From Pseudomonadales bacterium (GTDB lineage: Bacteria > Pseudomonadota > Gammaproteobacteria > Pseudomonadales > JAUIET01), in the NCBI GenBank assembly GCA_045106985.1, contig JBGCFQ010000011.1, positions 131,890 to 195,889 of the forward strand: 64,000 bases of DNA, read 5' to 3'. Shown here one piece after another: positions 63,142 to 64,000 of this stretch. Both the position numbers and the translations under genes were made by a program. Under the pieces are notes generated by a model. That model saw only the letters and a program-made list of their open reading frames with translations, was not told the DNA's origin and searched no databases. How positions within the stretch are numbered: position 1 is the first letter of the stretch; each line of letters begins with the position of its first letter.

Positions 63142-64000
63142 CTAGTAGATTCTGGGCTCAAAGTGTAGTTGAACTGTAAACATATCAAATACCGAGAGCT
63201 GCACTTTCTCAGCAAACTTCAGAAGCTGCTTTCCAGACGCGCCACCACGATTTACCAGCACTAAAGCCTGCTCGCTATGCATGCCTAGAACGCCTTCGTT
63301 GCGACCCCGCCACCCGGCTTTATCAATCAACCACGCAGCCGCCAATTTGAACTGAGATGGGTCAGTTGTTGGATAAAAAACAATACCACTGTGCCGCACG
63401 CGCAAGTCTTTTAACTGCTCGGCACTCACGATGGGGTTCTTGAAAAAACTGCCGGCATTCGGCAACACTTTTGGATTCGGTAGCTTCGCCTCACGTATGC
63501 GAACAACAGCGTCCTTCACTTCTAACGGAGTCGGTTTTACAATGTGCTCAAGCGCTTCTGCAAGCGCAGCGTATTCTGCGTTCACTCTTGGCTTCTTCCA
63601 CAACTTGAAACGCACTGATTCAATGACTGTGGCGTCGCGCAGAGTAGTTTTAAACACGCTGTCCCTGTAAGCAAACAAGCACTGAGCCCGATCATAAGTA
63701 ACGCGTTCAGCAGACTCCAACACTCGAAAGACAACATGCTGAACGAACTCGCTTAGCTCCACACCGTAAGCCCCAATATTCTGCACTGGCGCGGCGCCTA
63801 CCGTGCCAGGAATGAGCGCCAAGTTTTCAAGCCCAAAATAACCAGCCGCAACGCTGTGGTTTACTAGCGAGTTCCAGTTTTCTCCAGCACCCACATCTAA
63901 AACGATACTATGCCTGTCTTCAGAAACTATCGTCACCCCTGCTAACGCTATTTTAAGGCATGCTGGCACTTCCGCGCTGTGAAAAACAATATTGCTGCCC
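63142..64000 (-). CDS. murB: UDP-N-acetylenolpyruvoylglucosamine reductase, N-terminus beyond the window end
   Basis: The reading frame stays open past the track's ATG (63969) to the window edge. The C-terminal region (NAGSFFKNP, AAWLIDKAGWRG, QALVLVN) matches MurB. Confidence 0.85.
   Translation of the reverse strand, partial: GSNIVFHSAEVPACLKIALAGVTIVSEDRHSIVLDVGAGENWNSLVNHSVAAGYFGLENLALIPGTVGAAPVQNIGAYGVELSEFVQHVVFRVLESAERVTYDRAQCLFAYRDSVFKTTLRDATVIESVRFKLWKKPRVNAEYAALAEALEHIVKPTPLEVKDAVVRIREAKLPNPKVLPNAGSFFKNPIVSAEQLKDLRVRHSGIVFYPTTDPSQFKLAAAWLIDKAGWRGRNEGVLGMHSEQALVLVNRGGASGKQLLKFAEKVQLSVFDMFTVQLHFEPRIY

Noticed and set aside
1-64000. CRISPR arrays, transposases/IS elements, prophage genes, toxin-antitoxin pairs or known defence-system genes.
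   Set aside because: I saw no spaced repeat arrays, no terminal inverted repeats flanking ORFs, and no ORF with nuclease, ATPase or integrase signatures typical of those systems.

Overview
This 64 kb window looks like core chromosome from a gammaproteobacterium. Its right end carries uvrY(gacA)-uvrC-pgsA-tRNA-Gly(GCC)-tRNA-Cys(GCA)-tRNA-Leu(UAA), the same order as E. coli uvrY-uvrC-pgsA-glyW-cysT-leuZ, followed by a truncated murB. I found no integrase, transposase, CRISPR array, phage gene or recognisable defence gene.

The window contains four notable blocks:
- (1) 1-9158, minus strand: a complete corrinoid-dependent methyl-transfer operon. It encodes a non-pyrrolysine MttB-family methyltransferase, a B12-binding corrinoid protein, DUF1638, a small conserved protein, a MetV-like/MetF methylene-THF reductase pair, a pterin-binding methyl-THF methyltransferase and a RACo-like 2Fe-2S/ASKHA reductive activase. 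A QueG-like 4Fe-4S protein and a hydantoinase-family gene flank it.
- (2) 9683-17877: a TonB-dependent receptor, a TPR-sulfotransferase, a family-2 sulfotransferase, an aspartyl/asparaginyl beta-hydroxylase-family protein and a DddP-like M24 protein.
- (3) 19-44 kb and 47-59 kb: a dense lipid/steroid-type catabolic set. It has 8 classical SDRs, 3 acyl-CoA dehydrogenases including an adjacent degenerate pair, and a ChsH2/ChsH1/Ltp2-like hydratase-aldolase triad behind a second TonB-dependent receptor. It also has a KstD-like flavoprotein with a TauD-like dioxygenase, two fatty-acid-hydroxylase/sterol-desaturase membrane proteins (one AGMO-like), an EXPERA/TMEM97-like membrane protein and an orphan pterin-4a-carbinolamine dehydratase.
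- (4) Housekeeping genes are interspersed: rlmI, msrB, tesB, polB and cysC.

The candidates most worth follow-up are:
- the MttB operon, whose three corrinoid-protein partners carry Arg-rich termini while the corrinoid protein carries an acidic N-terminal tail;
- the uncharacterised receptor/sulfotransferase/hydroxylase cluster;
- the AGMO-like/amidohydrolase/paired-ACAD operon.

All family assignments come from reading motifs by eye and recalling family sequences. No database search was run.
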